A stretch of DNA of 64,000 nucleotides from Patescibacteria group bacterium (GCA_038063895.1 JBBTUG010000012.1:14165-78164); one strand, 5' to 3'; shown: positions 18,484 through 28,745, counted from the stretch's first letter. Numbers and translations: made by a program. The notes: generated from the sequence alone by a model not told the origin.

Positions 18484-20592
18484 TCAAACCGACTCTAATA
18501 ATATCCGGGCGTCGAGGACAAGAAAACCGCGTTCATCAGCAGCCAGAGGATTAAGATCAATTTCGGCGATCTCCGGAAAATCCTCAACCAGCCGGCTGAA
18601 ATTGCACAGCAGAGTCGCTAATTCCTCCAAGTCGACTCCTTTCATTCCCCGGTAACCTGCCAGTAATTTATAGATTTGCGTCCGTTCAATCATCAATAGA
18701 GCCAAACGCTTATCCAAAGGAACAATCTCCATCGCAATATCCTTTATCGCTTCCACCTCAACCCCGCCCCGGCCGAAAGCCACCACCGGTCCGAAGGTTG
18801 GATCTTTTTTCATTCCGAGAAACAACTCAAATTTCCGGGGCTCAAAACGAGCGACGGTTACGCCCTCCGTGGCGGCATCGGAAGAAAATGCTTTCGCCCG
18901 AGCCACAACTTCATTAAACGCATTGGCTACTTTTTCTGGAGAATCCAGGTTTAATATTATTCCCCCGGCTTCGGTTTTGTGGCTAATATCCTTGGAAGCT
19001 ATTTTTACAACCACCGGAAAGCCGATTTTTTGAGCTACGGCGACGGCGTTCTCGGCAGTCGTGGCCATAAAACTTTCATTAACCGGGATATCGTAATTGC
19101 TAAGGAGCGTAATAACTTCCGAGAGGCTTAAAACCCTCCGGCCATCCTTCTGAACTTTTTCAATAATTTTTTTATTGGCGGCTTGGCCGAAGCCTAGTTC
19201 TTTGCTAATAGGCGGAGGGACTTCGCCGAGTAACTCCTTAGATCCAAAATAATTGGCTAAAGAGGTAAAGGCTCCGACTGCCTCTTCCGGAAAATCGAAA
19301 ACCGGGATTCGGTTATGTTTCAGTAACTCTCTAGCGGGGTCAACCAGACCACCTCCTAAAAATGCAGCTAGCACCGGCTTTGAACTCTTCTTTTTGATTT
19401 CAATCAGTCCCTCAGCTACACGCAACGGCTCTGTCATTGACTGCGGAGTTATAATCATTAATACTCCATCGACTTTCGCGTCTGTTAGGCAAATTTCCGC
19501 CGAGGCGCATATCTTTTCAGGTCTCGAGTCGCCGAGAACATCAACCGGGTTAGTCCGGCTTAAGGAGGTCTGGCCAAGCAATTTCTCTAAAGAGGTCATC
19601 GTCTCCGCGGAAAGCTCCGCCAGCCGGCCGTGATTTTCCGTTAAATAGTCAGTCGCCACAACCCCCGGCCCACCGGCGTTAGTCACAATCGCCAAACGGC
19701 CGTCTTTTAGCTCTCCGTACGGAAGCAACTTGGCCACATCGAAAAGCTCCCGGATAGTCCGGACTTGGATTAACCCGGACCTGGCAAAAGCGGCCGAATA
19801 AACGGCATCATCCCCAGCCAGGCTGCCGGTGTGGGAGAAGGCTGCTCTCGCCCCAGCTCCGTTCCGACCGCCTTTTAAAACCACCACCGGTTTTTTTAGA
19901 GAGCAACTGCGGGCCGAGGCTAAAAACTTTTGCGCGTTGGTTAATGATTCCAAATAGATAAGAATTCCGTCCGTTGCCGGGTCATTTTTGAGGTAAGTGA
20001 GTAGACCGGAAAAATCGACGTCAACTGTTTCCCCGACGGAAATAAAATAACTGAAACCGAGCTGCTCTTTTCCCGCCCAGTCCAAAACTGCCGAGCCTAA
20101 AGCGCCGCTTTGGGAAATAAAAGCAACCCGGCCCGGAAGCGGAGCCTGCTTAATAAAACTGGCGTTAAGCCGGGGGGTAAGAAAACCCAAACAGTTCGGC
20201 CCTAATACGGTCAGCCGGCTTTTTCGCACACTTTCCGTTAGCGCTGTAAAAAGTTTCTCGCCTTCGGCTCCTCCTTCCTTAAAACCGCTGGAAATAATAA
20301 TGGCGCTATCGATCCCTGCCCGGGCGCACTCTTCAATAATGCCGGGAACAGTGGCCGCCGGCGTAGCAATTACGGCTAAATCAATTTTTTCTTTGATGGA
20401 TAAAACGGAGGGGTAGGAGGTTAAACCAAAGACGGTCGCTCGATTGGGATTGACGGGATAAACGGTTAGGGGCTGGACGGAGCGCGAAAGATTTTCCAGC
20501 AGCGCCGTGCCCACTCGGCTAGGCTCTTCCGTCGCGCCGATGACGGCCACGGAGCGGGGATTGAATAAGTTCTTTAAGCCCGAATCGGTCAT
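18484..20592 (-). CDS. Acetate/acyl-CoA ligase (ADP-forming), fused alpha-beta
   Basis: LFNPRSVAVIGA, GPNCLG, SQSGAL, SHTGSLAG phospho-His, NPVDVLGD, C-terminal ATP-grasp (HKTEAGG, DLNPL). Confidence 0.92.
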   Translation of the reverse strand: MTDSGLKNLFNPRSVAVIGATEEPSRVGTALLENLSRSVQPLTVYPVNPNRATVFGLTSYPSVLSIKEKIDLAVIATPAATVPGIIEECARAGIDSAIIISSGFKEGGAEGEKLFTALTESVRKSRLTVLGPNCLGFLTPRLNASFIKQAPLPGRVAFISQSGALGSAVLDWAGKEQLGFSYFISVGETVDVDFSGLLTYLKNDPATDGILIYLESLTNAQKFLASARSCSLKKPVVVLKGGRNGAGARAAFSHTGSLAGDDAVYSAAFARSGLIQVRTIRELFDVAKLLPYGELKDGRLAIVTNAGGPGVVATDYLTENHGRLAELSAETMTSLEKLLGQTSLSRTNPVDVLGDSRPEKICASAEICLTDAKVDGVLMIITPQSMTEPLRVAEGLIEIKKKSSKPVLAAFLGGGLVDPARELLKHNRIPVFDFPEEAVGAFTSLANYFGSKELLGEVPPPISKELGFGQAANKKIIEKVQKDGRRVLSLSEVITLLSNYDIPVNESFMATTAENAVAVAQKIGFPVVVKIASKDISHKTEAGGIILNLDSPEKVANAFNEVVARAKAFSSDAATEGVTVARFEPRKFELFLGMKKDPTFGPVVAFGRGGVEVEAIKDIAMEIVPLDKRLALLMIERTQIYKLLAGYRGMKGVDLEELATLLCNFSRLVEDFPEIAEIDLNPLAADERGFLVLDARILLESV

Positions 20593-20618
20593 CTTTATAG
20601 TCCGATTCTACTTTAGCA

Positions 20619-21824
20619 CTACTGAGTGGATTTTTCGACTAGCGTCAGGGCAACCCCCCTATTATTGGCCCGCCCGGTCCGGCCGATCCGGTGGACGTAG
20701 TCGTCGTAGGAGGCAGGCAGATCATAGTTGATAACATGGCTGACTTCCTGGATATCGAGTCCGCGGGAGGCAACATCTGTCGCCAAAAGAATATCGATCT
20801 CGCCCCTTTTGAACTGGTCCATTACCTTTTGCCGCTGGCTCTGGCGTTTGTTGCCGTGCAGGGCGCCGGCCTTAAAACCCCGGATAACTAACTCATCCGC
20901 CAGTTTTTGCACGCCCCACTTTGTTCGGCCGAAAATCAGGACTTTACTGAAACCGTCTTTTATTAGCAAATCATGCAATTGGTCTATTTTATTCCGGCCA
21001 CGCTCAAGTTCAATAACTGATTGGTCAATATTTTCAGCCGTGTCCTGGTGTTTGACGGAAATCATCAGCGGATTACGGACGAAAGCGTTTAGGGTTTCCC
21101 GGACCTTGCCGGAAATCGTCGCGGAAAAAAAGAGAGACTGGCGGACGGGCGGAAACAGGGAAATAAAATATTTAATTTCATCAATAAAACCGATGTCCAC
21201 CATCCGGTCCGCTTCGTCCAGTACCACCGTCTTAAATTGGGAAAGGGAAAGATGTCTTTCCTGAATAAGATCCTTAACCCGGCCCGGCGTTCCGATAACG
21301 AAACTGGGATTACGTCTTAAATCTTTAATCTGCCGGAACATCGGAAGGCCGCCGACACATAAAGCAGAGTAAATCCCCATCCCCCGGGTAAAAGAGGTCA
21401 GCTCTTCGTTAATCTGTAGCGCCAATTCCCGGGTCGGCGCGAGAATAAAAACCTTCTCCGAACGGTTTTTGAATACTTTATCAACCAGCGGGATGAGGAA
21501 CGCTGCCGTTTTTCCGGTCCCCGTATTGGCCACACCGACAACGTCGCGACCAGTTATAATCGCTCCGATCGCCTCATCCTGGATTTGGGTCGGCAGCCCG
21601 TACCTCTTCGCCCGGATATTGTTTTTAAGTATCTCGACAATAGGAAAGTCTTCGAAACGGTGGAGCGGGGCGAAGGATTTCGCGATGTCTGTTGTGCGGA
21701 CGTTTTTCACAGCGCAAACCGACCGGATTGCCCGGATGATATCGGCGGTGTTAACCCCGCTTTGAGCGTACCGGCGGCGGAAATTATTATTGTTGCCTGG
21801 GCGTCTATTTCTTTGTTGATACAT
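20619..21824 (-). CDS. DEAD-box RNA helicase
   Basis: TGTGKT, PTRELA, TPGR, DEAD, SAT, HRIGRTGRA. Confidence 0.95.
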   Translation of the reverse strand: MYQQRNRRPGNNNNFRRRYAQSGVNTADIIRAIRSVCAVKNVRTTDIAKSFAPLHRFEDFPIVEILKNNIRAKRYGLPTQIQDEAIGAIITGRDVVGVANTGTGKTAAFLIPLVDKVFKNRSEKVFILAPTRELALQINEELTSFTRGMGIYSALCVGGLPMFRQIKDLRRNPSFVIGTPGRVKDLIQERHLSLSQFKTVVLDEADRMVDIGFIDEIKYFISLFPPVRQSLFFSATISGKVRETLNAFVRNPLMISVKHQDTAENIDQSVIELERGRNKIDQLHDLLIKDGFSKVLIFGRTKWGVQKLADELVIRGFKAGALHGNKRQSQRQKVMDQFKRGEIDILLATDVASRGLDIQEVSHVINYDLPASYDDYVHRIGRTGRANNRGVALTLVEKSTQ

Positions 21825-22004
21825 AGCTTTAAGAGAAAACTAAAATCCCTTGTTAAAAGAGTATAACTGCTTAAATGAGAAGTGTGTGACTAGGAAGAAA
21901 GATACGAGAAGAATAACAAGTAGTAATTGGGTATCTTTATCTTTTCTATTCAAACTAAATCAAAGTTAAGCAGATAGACTGTCTCAATCTGCCACTCATC
22001 TATC

Positions 22005-22033
22005 ATTATACCACACTTACCCATCTTTGTCAA
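22005..22033 (-). promoter_or_regulatory. Consensus sigma70 promoter of the DEAD-box helicase
   Basis: TTGACA-17-TATAAT with extended TG; leader of about 175 nt. Confidence 0.75.
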
Positions 22034-22065
22034 ACTATGGGATTCTGACCTAGATTTGGGCCCCG

Positions 22066-22100
22066 AAAAAGATTGGTGCCGGTAAAAATACCAGCACCAA
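22066..22100 (-). terminator. Intrinsic terminator
   Basis: TTGGTGCTGGT...ACCGGCACCAA hairpin followed by TCTTTTT. Confidence 0.7.
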
Positions 22101-22106
22101 ACAGTT

Positions 22107-22658
22107 CTACCAATTTTCCACTGTTAGGTCCTTCAAGCCGTCGACGAACAGGACACAGCGCTTTATCTGCTCGAGGCCTAAACAACCGAGGTACCCCCGC
22201 GCTTCGTAAACACCATACCCAATTGGGTTGTCATTCGTGTCGAGGGTCATGTACACTTCCGCAGTCCCGTCCTTTGGGTTCTGGCTGATACAACCGGCAA
22301 AGCCGCTGCGGAGAAAGATTGTAAACCCGCTACCGTCGGTGTGACCGGTCCAATCTTCCAACTCCACCAGATCGGCGTTGGCGATGTGAAAGCGACTTTT
22401 TTCGCCCCAAAAAAACGCCTCCCAGGCTACCTTCTGAGCGGGAGTCATCTCCGGCTCCACCAGCAGAAACTCCGTGTGAACGGTCTGCCAGTTGAACTTC
22501 AAACAGCCCATCGGCACTGCGCCCTTGGGGAGAAGTTCCCCTTTATACCGGAGCCCGAAACACCCACCGACCCCGCCGGCGGCTAAAATCCGCTCACTGT
22601 AAAAAAACGTGGCGAAGTCCAAATTAGCGCAAACACTCGCCGTAAAAGTTTTTGCCAT
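22107..22658 (-). CDS. Hypothetical orphan protein
   Basis: SD AAGGAGG upstream of MAKTF; own promoter and terminator. Confidence 0.65.
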   Translation of the reverse strand: MAKTFTASVCANLDFATFFYSERILAAGGVGGCFGLRYKGELLPKGAVPMGCLKFNWQTVHTEFLLVEPEMTPAQKVAWEAFFWGEKSRFHIANADLVELEDWTGHTDGSGFTIFLRSGFAGCISQNPKDGTAEVYMTLDTNDNPIGYGVYEARGYLGCLGLEQIKRCVLFVDGLKDLTVENW

Positions 22659-22759
22659 CTCATACCTCCTTTTTGATATGTCCCACACGGAGGCCGGTCC
22701 GCGTGATGGCTTGGCTTTAAAATCAATTTCCCATGGCCCATTGGGATAATTGGTAACTT

Positions 22760-22788
22760 ATCCTACCATATTCTTATGGGTTTGTCAA
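22760..22788 (-). promoter_or_regulatory. Sigma70-type promoter
   Basis: TTGACA-17-TAGGAT with extended TG. Confidence 0.6.
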
Positions 22789-22910
22789 ATTATAGGGTTG
22801 TTAAAGATGTCGCCAATATATGTACGATCGGATATTAAAAGATGACACTATCAAAAGCTCAAAGTATTCTCAGCTGTTTCCCAGCCGATGATATCCCTCG
22901 GCGGGGCTGG

Positions 22911-23198
22911 TTACACCTGAGCTACCAAAACGGTATAGTTCTTTCCGTAGTGCTTCGCGCATTTCGGACAAGTCGTATAGAAAAAATACAACTTTTTTAT
23001 CTGTTTGCCTTTGGCTGTTACGAACGTCCCCATCTCTTTAACCATTACCTGGCCAAAATTCAGGGGTATATGGAAAAAACTGCGGACGTGATCCTTAAGG
23101 AAGAGTTTATCCGTCCAGGTCATTTCTTTCTCATCCCACGGTTCCGGAGAAAAGCGCGGACAGCAGCCGGTTTCGGAAGTTTCACAAAGTGTTTCCAT
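22911..23198 (-). CDS. Conserved CCP..W / YTTCPKCAK protein, apparently shortened internally
   Basis: N-terminal GCCPRF.PEPWDEK and C-terminal YTTCPKCAKHYGKNY motifs in only 95 aa. Confidence 0.65.
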   Translation of the reverse strand: METLCETSETGCCPRFSPEPWDEKEMTWTDKLFLKDHVRSFFHIPLNFGQVMVKEMGTFVTAKGKQIKKLYFFYTTCPKCAKHYGKNYTVLVAQV

Positions 23199-23280
23199 AT
23201 TATCCGTCTATTTTATTTGTTCACCTCCTCATCCATTATTATTGAAAATAAAACTCGATCGAGTTATAAATACAAATATT

Positions 23281-24231
23281 TCAATAAACTAAAAATAGAT
23301 AAAGCAAGTATGAAAATAAGAGAACGAAACCTGGCCAACGCCCTACCACCTTTCCGGAATAAAATTTAATTACGCCAAAAGCGGCACAGGTAAATAGAAA
23401 AAGGGCGACTAAAGATAATGTGTGGACAGATGAAGAAACGTTAGAAAACATTACCGATATAGATCCCAACAGAGTCAGATTGATAATGTTGCTGCCAATG
23501 ACGTTCCCCAGAAGCAGTTTTCCCTCTTTCTTCATCGCGGCGGCGACAGAAACCGAAAGTTCCGGCAGGCTGGTGCCGATGGCCACGATGGAAAGACCGA
23601 CTACCTCTTGAGAGATATTAAAAAACGCAGCGATAACTAGAGCTGAACTGACTAGAAAGTTACTACTTATAATCAGACCTGCCAACGAACTAATTAGAGC
23701 CAACCACTTAAATAGATTGAATGGCGCCGGCGAATGTGGAAGTAAATACAATAGATCTTCCTTTAAGGAGCCCTCCTTACCCCACACAGTTTCCAGAAAG
23801 ATAAAGAGAATTGCCAATAATAGAAGAAGGGGAGATAAGACACGTCTGACATCGTAAGGAGCCAGTTGGAGGAAGATAAAAGCGACTGTAACCACCAAAA
23901 GAAAGGTGTTATTGCGCTGTGTTTTTGCTGTTCCGACCTTAAGCGGTGAGAATAATAAGGCTGCACCAAAAACCAACCCGATATTAGCAATATTCGAACC
24001 GATAATGTTGCCCAAAGATAAATCCCCGCTTTTTTGGGCAATTGAGGAAATAGTGACCGCCAACTCCGGGAAAGACGTCCCGATAGCAACAACCGTAGCC
24101 CCTATGACCAGCGGAGAGAGTCGGAATCTTTTGGCGAGAGAAACAGATAGTCTTACTAAAATATCCGCGGAAGCTGCCAAAGCAATAAGACTAATGAGAA
24201 ATATCAACAAGTTAAGGATAATCATATCCAT
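23281..24231 (-). CDS. Calcium/sodium antiporter (YrbG/CaCA family)
   Basis: Duplicated GTS(F/L)PEL and GN(I/V)IGSNI alpha repeats. Confidence 0.92.
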   Translation of the reverse strand: MDMIILNLLIFLISLIALAASADILVRLSVSLAKRFRLSPLVIGATVVAIGTSFPELAVTISSIAQKSGDLSLGNIIGSNIANIGLVFGAALLFSPLKVGTAKTQRNNTFLLVVTVAFIFLQLAPYDVRRVLSPLLLLLAILFIFLETVWGKEGSLKEDLLYLLPHSPAPFNLFKWLALISSLAGLIISSNFLVSSALVIAAFFNISQEVVGLSIVAIGTSLPELSVSVAAAMKKEGKLLLGNVIGSNIINLTLLGSISVMFSNVSSSVHTLSLVALFLFTCAAFGVIKFYSGKVVGRWPGFVLLFSYLLYLFLVY

Positions 24232-24244
24232 TAAGATTATATGA

Positions 24245-25243
24245 CTAATTTAAATATCTGCGGATGTTTGCCAAGTGTTCTGCATACGTTTCCGCACAGT
24301 GGATTTTCCCCAACCGGTCGTGCAGATAAAAAAGACAGGCCGTTTCTTCGGGCTTAAGGGCCGCTTCAATCATCGTAATATTCGGGCTGCAAATCGGTGT
24401 GGGCGGCAAACCTTTGTATAAATAACTGTTATAGGGAGAATCATTTTGTTTTTCGGCCAAGTCCACGCTCCCCCACCAACTCCCGTCCGCTCTTTTGCCC
24501 AGGGTATATTGCATCGTCGCGTCAATCTGCAGCGGCATTCCGATGTTCAACCGGTTCCAAATAACCCCGGAAATCAGCCGCATATCCGCCGCACCACCGG
24601 CTTCCCGGGCAATCAGTGAGGCAATTTTTAACCCCGTCGTCCATTTAATATTGGCGGCGATAAATTGAGGGGCAAGCGGGGAAAACTTCTCGTTAAAACG
24701 GTCGGTCAGCCGCTTGGCAATCTCCGCCACTGATCCGTCAACCGGAAGAAGGTAGGTATCGGGATAATAAACGCCTTCAAAATAATCGGGATTACCAGAG
24801 GCGGCAAGTGTATTCCACTCCGCCTCTTTCCCGCTTTCCCAGCCAAAAATTCCGGCCAGTTTTTCCCCGATCTGCTCCCGCCGCGGACAGCCGGAAATGG
24901 TGATCCACATTAAATCCGGCCGGCCGATTATTTTCGCTAAAACCCCCCACGCCGTCATTCCTTGGTTCAGCCGATACCCGCCGGATTGGATCTTCACCTC
25001 TTTGGCAAAGGTGTCCAGTAAAAATTGGAAAGCTACAGCGTTGCGGATTAAGCCTTTTTCTTTTAGGCTCTCCGAAGGTTTAAACCCCGAAGAATCTTGC
25101 GGCACGGAAAATATTTCGTCTCCGGCACTCGTTCCCACCGCTCCGAAAAAATACCATCCAAAAGTAAGACCCACTAGGGAAATTAACATCAGAAGCTTTG
25201 TTATATTTCTTATGTTTTTCATATACGACAATGCCTTTGTCAT
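24245..25243 (-). CDS. mltG: Endolytic transglycosylase MltG (YceG family)
   Basis: EGVYYPDTY, IASLIAREA, NRL..GMPLQIDAT.QY, SPYNSY...GLPPTPI.SP. Confidence 0.9.
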   Translation of the reverse strand: MTKALSYMKNIRNITKLLMLISLVGLTFGWYFFGAVGTSAGDEIFSVPQDSSGFKPSESLKEKGLIRNAVAFQFLLDTFAKEVKIQSGGYRLNQGMTAWGVLAKIIGRPDLMWITISGCPRREQIGEKLAGIFGWESGKEAEWNTLAASGNPDYFEGVYYPDTYLLPVDGSVAEIAKRLTDRFNEKFSPLAPQFIAANIKWTTGLKIASLIAREAGGAADMRLISGVIWNRLNIGMPLQIDATMQYTLGKRADGSWWGSVDLAEKQNDSPYNSYLYKGLPPTPICSPNITMIEAALKPEETACLFYLHDRLGKIHCAETYAEHLANIRRYLN

Positions 25244-25295
25244 TATAACCTAATCTGTTGTGGTAAGACGGTATGGATAAAGATATACTAATCTT

Positions 25296-26060
25296 GTGCC
25301 TTACTTGTTTTTCTCTTTTCACGATCCGAAAGGGCTTCAGACAGAACATCTGCAAAAAATGCTGCCAATTCTTAAAGAGCATTTCCAGAGCGCTTTTGTC
25401 AGCATCACCCCCGAAACGGTCACGCAAAATAAGACTGCAACTGCCTTCATTCAAAGTAACCCCTTCTTTACATTCAACTTAAATGAAGAGAACTCAACCC
25501 TCGGTGAACATTACCTTTCCGGCTTTAGAAACGTTGTAGCCAAGGGTCAGCCGGACCAGTTGGTTCATCTGGCTGCCTCGGATCGGCTCGCCTTTACCCT
25601 TCTCGGTAAATACAAAGACATTTATTTGGAAGATATTAAGAAGGTCGCGAATGGTGACACCCCTTTCTTGTTTATGCGCTCAGAAATAGCTTGGGCAACA
25701 CATCCGCAAAACTACTACACCGCCGAAACGATGAGCACCGTGGCCGGAAAAATTCTCTTCGGTAAGACGCTGGATTTTACATGGTGCTACCTGATTTTAA
25801 CCGTCCGGCAGTTAACCGAGCTACTGGAAAGAATTACGGCAAAAGATTTAGTCATCTTTGCAGAAATGATTTTTCTTCTCAAAGACAAAATTTAAACTCA
25901 AGAAGTTGACTGGCTTTCGTGGGAAGATCCTTTCGTTTTCGGCAAAGATCCGGAGGAACTAAAAAGGGAACGGGAAAAAGATCCGCTTGAAGTTGAAAGA
26001 AGATTGGGCTACGTTTTGCCTGTAGTCCGGTATCTCCTCAAGACATATACCAATTCTTAA
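25296..26060 (+). pseudogene. Hypothetical protein interrupted by an in-frame TAA at 25893-25895
   Basis: Frame continues after the stop as TQEVDWLSWEDPFVFGKDPEELKREREKDP... for 54 codons to TAA 26060. Confidence 0.65.
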
Positions 26061-26440
26061 GCTTCGTGCGCGGCTAGGGCTTCGGTCATCGTTCGATGCA
26101 CCGTTCCATCTTTGTGTTCTGCCGGACTGTAAATCGTATACAATTTCATCACTTCAGAGCCGGTATTAACAACGTTGTGTTCCGTTCCAGCCGGAATAAC
26201 TACCGCAAAGCCGTTACTGACTAACGACTTTTCTCCGTCTAAAACCACCTCTCCGTGGCCCGATTCAAAACGGAAAAACTGGTCGTGTTCGGGATGCGTT
26301 TCCATTCCGATTTCCTCTCCCGGCTGTAGCGCCATTACAACCAGTTGGCTGTGCGGAGCGGTAAAAAGAACCTCTCGGAAATAATCGTTTCCTAAAGTTT
26401 TTTCTTCAATGTTACCTACATATCCTTTTATACATATCAC
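26057..26440 (-). CDS. Cupin domain protein
   Basis: SQLVVM.L.PGEEIG.ETH..HDQFFRFE.G, IPAGT.HNV.N, LYTIYSP.EH; start codon uncertain. Confidence 0.88.
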   Translation of the reverse strand: MICIKGYVGNIEEKTLGNDYFREVLFTAPHSQLVVMALQPGEEIGMETHPEHDQFFRFESGHGEVVLDGEKSLVSNGFAVVIPAGTEHNVVNTGSEVMKLYTIYSPAEHKDGTVHRTMTEALAAHEA

Positions 26441-26446
26441 CTCCTT

Positions 26447-27220
26447 TTAGTTGACTAAACGCTCTAAGATATTGCCGACAAAGAAAGCGGCCGCGGCTGC
26501 GAAAGAACCGATAAGCAGCATTTCGAGCCCGCCCCGGACCCAGGTTACGGCGGTGACTAAACTGCGGGAGGCACCAACTGTAAACAGGGCCAAACCGCCA
26601 ATCAATGTTGATAATTCTAAGCGATAAGGAAGGTTGGGGATCAAAAATGGGATAAGCGGCAAAAGACCGGCGATTACGAAAGCGGAAAAAGTCGCCAGAG
26701 CGTGCTTTAAAGGTTTTTCATCTTCGTCAAGAAAAATATTCAACTCATCCCGCATCATCGTTTCCAGCCAAACGTTTTTATCGGCAATGGTTGCATTTAC
26801 GGCGCGTTCCAAAGTTTCGCCGGAAAATCCTTTTTTCAGGTAAATCTCCCGGATCTCCTCAACCTCGATATCCCTTAAATTTTCGATTTCCCAGATTTCT
26901 TTTTCTTTTTGCGTCTGGGCGTAATCTCTCTCCGATTTCCGGCCTAAGTAATTACTGGCCCCCATTGACAAGCCATCAGCCAAGATATTGGCAAAACCTA
27001 AAATAATGACGACGATGGGGGAAAGCGCCGCGCCAGCCGCGCCGGCGATGACCGAAAAGGTGGTAATTATTCCGTCGTTAGCGCCGTAAACTAAGTCGCC
27101 GACGTATTTGCCTGTTAAGTGATGGTGGTATAAATCCTCCTGCTGGCGGTACTTCTTATTCTCCGCCAAAAACTTCTCTTTCTTTTCTAAAGCTTCATTA
27201 ATTTTCGTCTCGTTTTCCAT
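26447..27220 (-). CDS. VIT1/CCC1 family Fe/Mn transporter
   Basis: VYGANDGIITTF, ADGLSMGASNYL, MMRDEL. Confidence 0.92.
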   Translation of the reverse strand: MENETKINEALEKKEKFLAENKKYRQQEDLYHHHLTGKYVGDLVYGANDGIITTFSVIAGAAGAALSPIVVIILGFANILADGLSMGASNYLGRKSERDYAQTQKEKEIWEIENLRDIEVEEIREIYLKKGFSGETLERAVNATIADKNVWLETMMRDELNIFLDEDEKPLKHALATFSAFVIAGLLPLIPFLIPNLPYRLELSTLIGGLALFTVGASRSLVTAVTWVRGGLEMLLIGSFAAAAAFFVGNILERLVN

Positions 27221-27272
27221 GGTTTAATATTAAGTTTTCAAATAATGTTGGTTATTGGATTAATCAAAACGA

Positions 27273-28670
27273 TTAAGAACCAAACTGCTGAGCGTCGCTG
27301 CGGGATTGGATGACTTTCATTTGGCACAGTTCCCGTAAGCCATGAATCCCGCGCTCGCGGCCCATCCCGGAATTTTTATAACCGCCGAAGGGATCACAAG
27401 GCGAAAAACGGCTTTCCTCATTTATCGCGACGGAGCCGGCATCGATTCGGGAGGCGACCCTTTCGGCTCGCACCTTATCATCTGAAATAACTCTTGCCCC
27501 TAATCCGTACACTGTATCATTAGCTAAAGCGACCGCCTCTTCCTCGGTCTTAAAAGTCATAATCGGCAGAATAGGGCCAAAAACTTCCTCGCGCCAGACC
27601 CGCATGTCCCTGGTTACATTCGTTAACAACGTAAGTGGGAAAAAGGCTCCTTTTAGACTTTGATCAAGCCTTGTCTGCGCGGCGATCACCGCGCCCTTAT
27701 CAAGTGCGTCCTGCAGTTGTTCATTTAGTAATTGTTGTTGGCGTTTAGCCACTAGACTACCGAGATCGGTTTGGGGATCTAGGGGATTACCAATTTTTTG
27801 CCGTTCAATAATTTCTTTCAAGGCAAGCGTCAGCTTCTCCGCCACAGATTCGTGAACGATTAGCCGTTTGATGGCATTGCATACCTGGCCGCAGTGGCGA
27901 AACCGTCCGCCGAAGATAACTGGGGCAGCTAAAGCGACGTCAACATCTTCGAACACGACGCAGGGGTTAGAACCGCCCATCTCCAAAACAACTTTAATAA
28001 ATTTTTCGGCGGCGGTTTTATAAAGTGCCTTGCCCGTCCGGGTACTTCCCGTAAACCAAATCAGGTTGATGTCGCTTTCGGATAATTTCCGCCCGACGGT
28101 TCCGTCGCCGTAAACCTCCGCAAAAACCCCTTCGGGTAAGTTATGGTTTAAAATTATTTCATCGACCAGCTGACCAACCAGCGGACACTCTTCCGAAGTC
28201 TTAAAAACAACAACATTGCCGGCGACCAAATTGGGAAAAATCCCCCAAACCGCCATCCCGAAAGGGAAATTCCAGGGGGCGATACTGGCCACCACTCCGT
28301 AGGGCTCGTACACAATCCGGTGCAGCGATTGGTCATCTTTTAGGGTAACTTCGTCGGCCAGGGCTTCCGGACCGTTTTCTAAGAACCAGGTGAGTTCCTC
28401 GATATATCTGGTCACTTCAGAGGTGCTTTCATTAATTGCTTTGCCGGTTTCCTTACTGATAAGCATCGAAATCTCTTCCGTTCGCAGTTTAAACTCCTCC
28501 CGGATTGGGACCAGTAACTTAATCCGACCTTCAATCCCGAGTTCTTTCCACGCTCTTTTCGCCGCGTGGGCTTTTTCGATCTTGAGAGTTATCTCGGCAT
28601 CGGTTGAAACCTCAACTTCGCCGGTTTTGGCGTAATTATCCGCCGGATTTGTTGAAATTAATTTTGTCAT
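27273..28670 (-). CDS. NAD(P)-dependent aldehyde dehydrogenase
   Basis: PWNFP, FTGST, LEMGG, GQVC, EEVFGP, PFGGYKNSG.GRE. Confidence 0.95.
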   Translation of the reverse strand: MTKLISTNPADNYAKTGEVEVSTDAEITLKIEKAHAAKRAWKELGIEGRIKLLVPIREEFKLRTEEISMLISKETGKAINESTSEVTRYIEELTWFLENGPEALADEVTLKDDQSLHRIVYEPYGVVASIAPWNFPFGMAVWGIFPNLVAGNVVVFKTSEECPLVGQLVDEIILNHNLPEGVFAEVYGDGTVGRKLSESDINLIWFTGSTRTGKALYKTAAEKFIKVVLEMGGSNPCVVFEDVDVALAAPVIFGGRFRHCGQVCNAIKRLIVHESVAEKLTLALKEIIERQKIGNPLDPQTDLGSLVAKRQQQLLNEQLQDALDKGAVIAAQTRLDQSLKGAFFPLTLLTNVTRDMRVWREEVFGPILPIMTFKTEEEAVALANDTVYGLGARVISDDKVRAERVASRIDAGSVAINEESRFSPCDPFGGYKNSGMGRERGIHGLRELCQMKVIQSRSDAQQFGS

Positions 28671-28745
28671 TGTGAGTTATTAACCAAGATCTTTCCGCTC
28701 ACGATAAATCCGTATCAGCAATTTCGAGGATTAGAGTTTTGTTGT

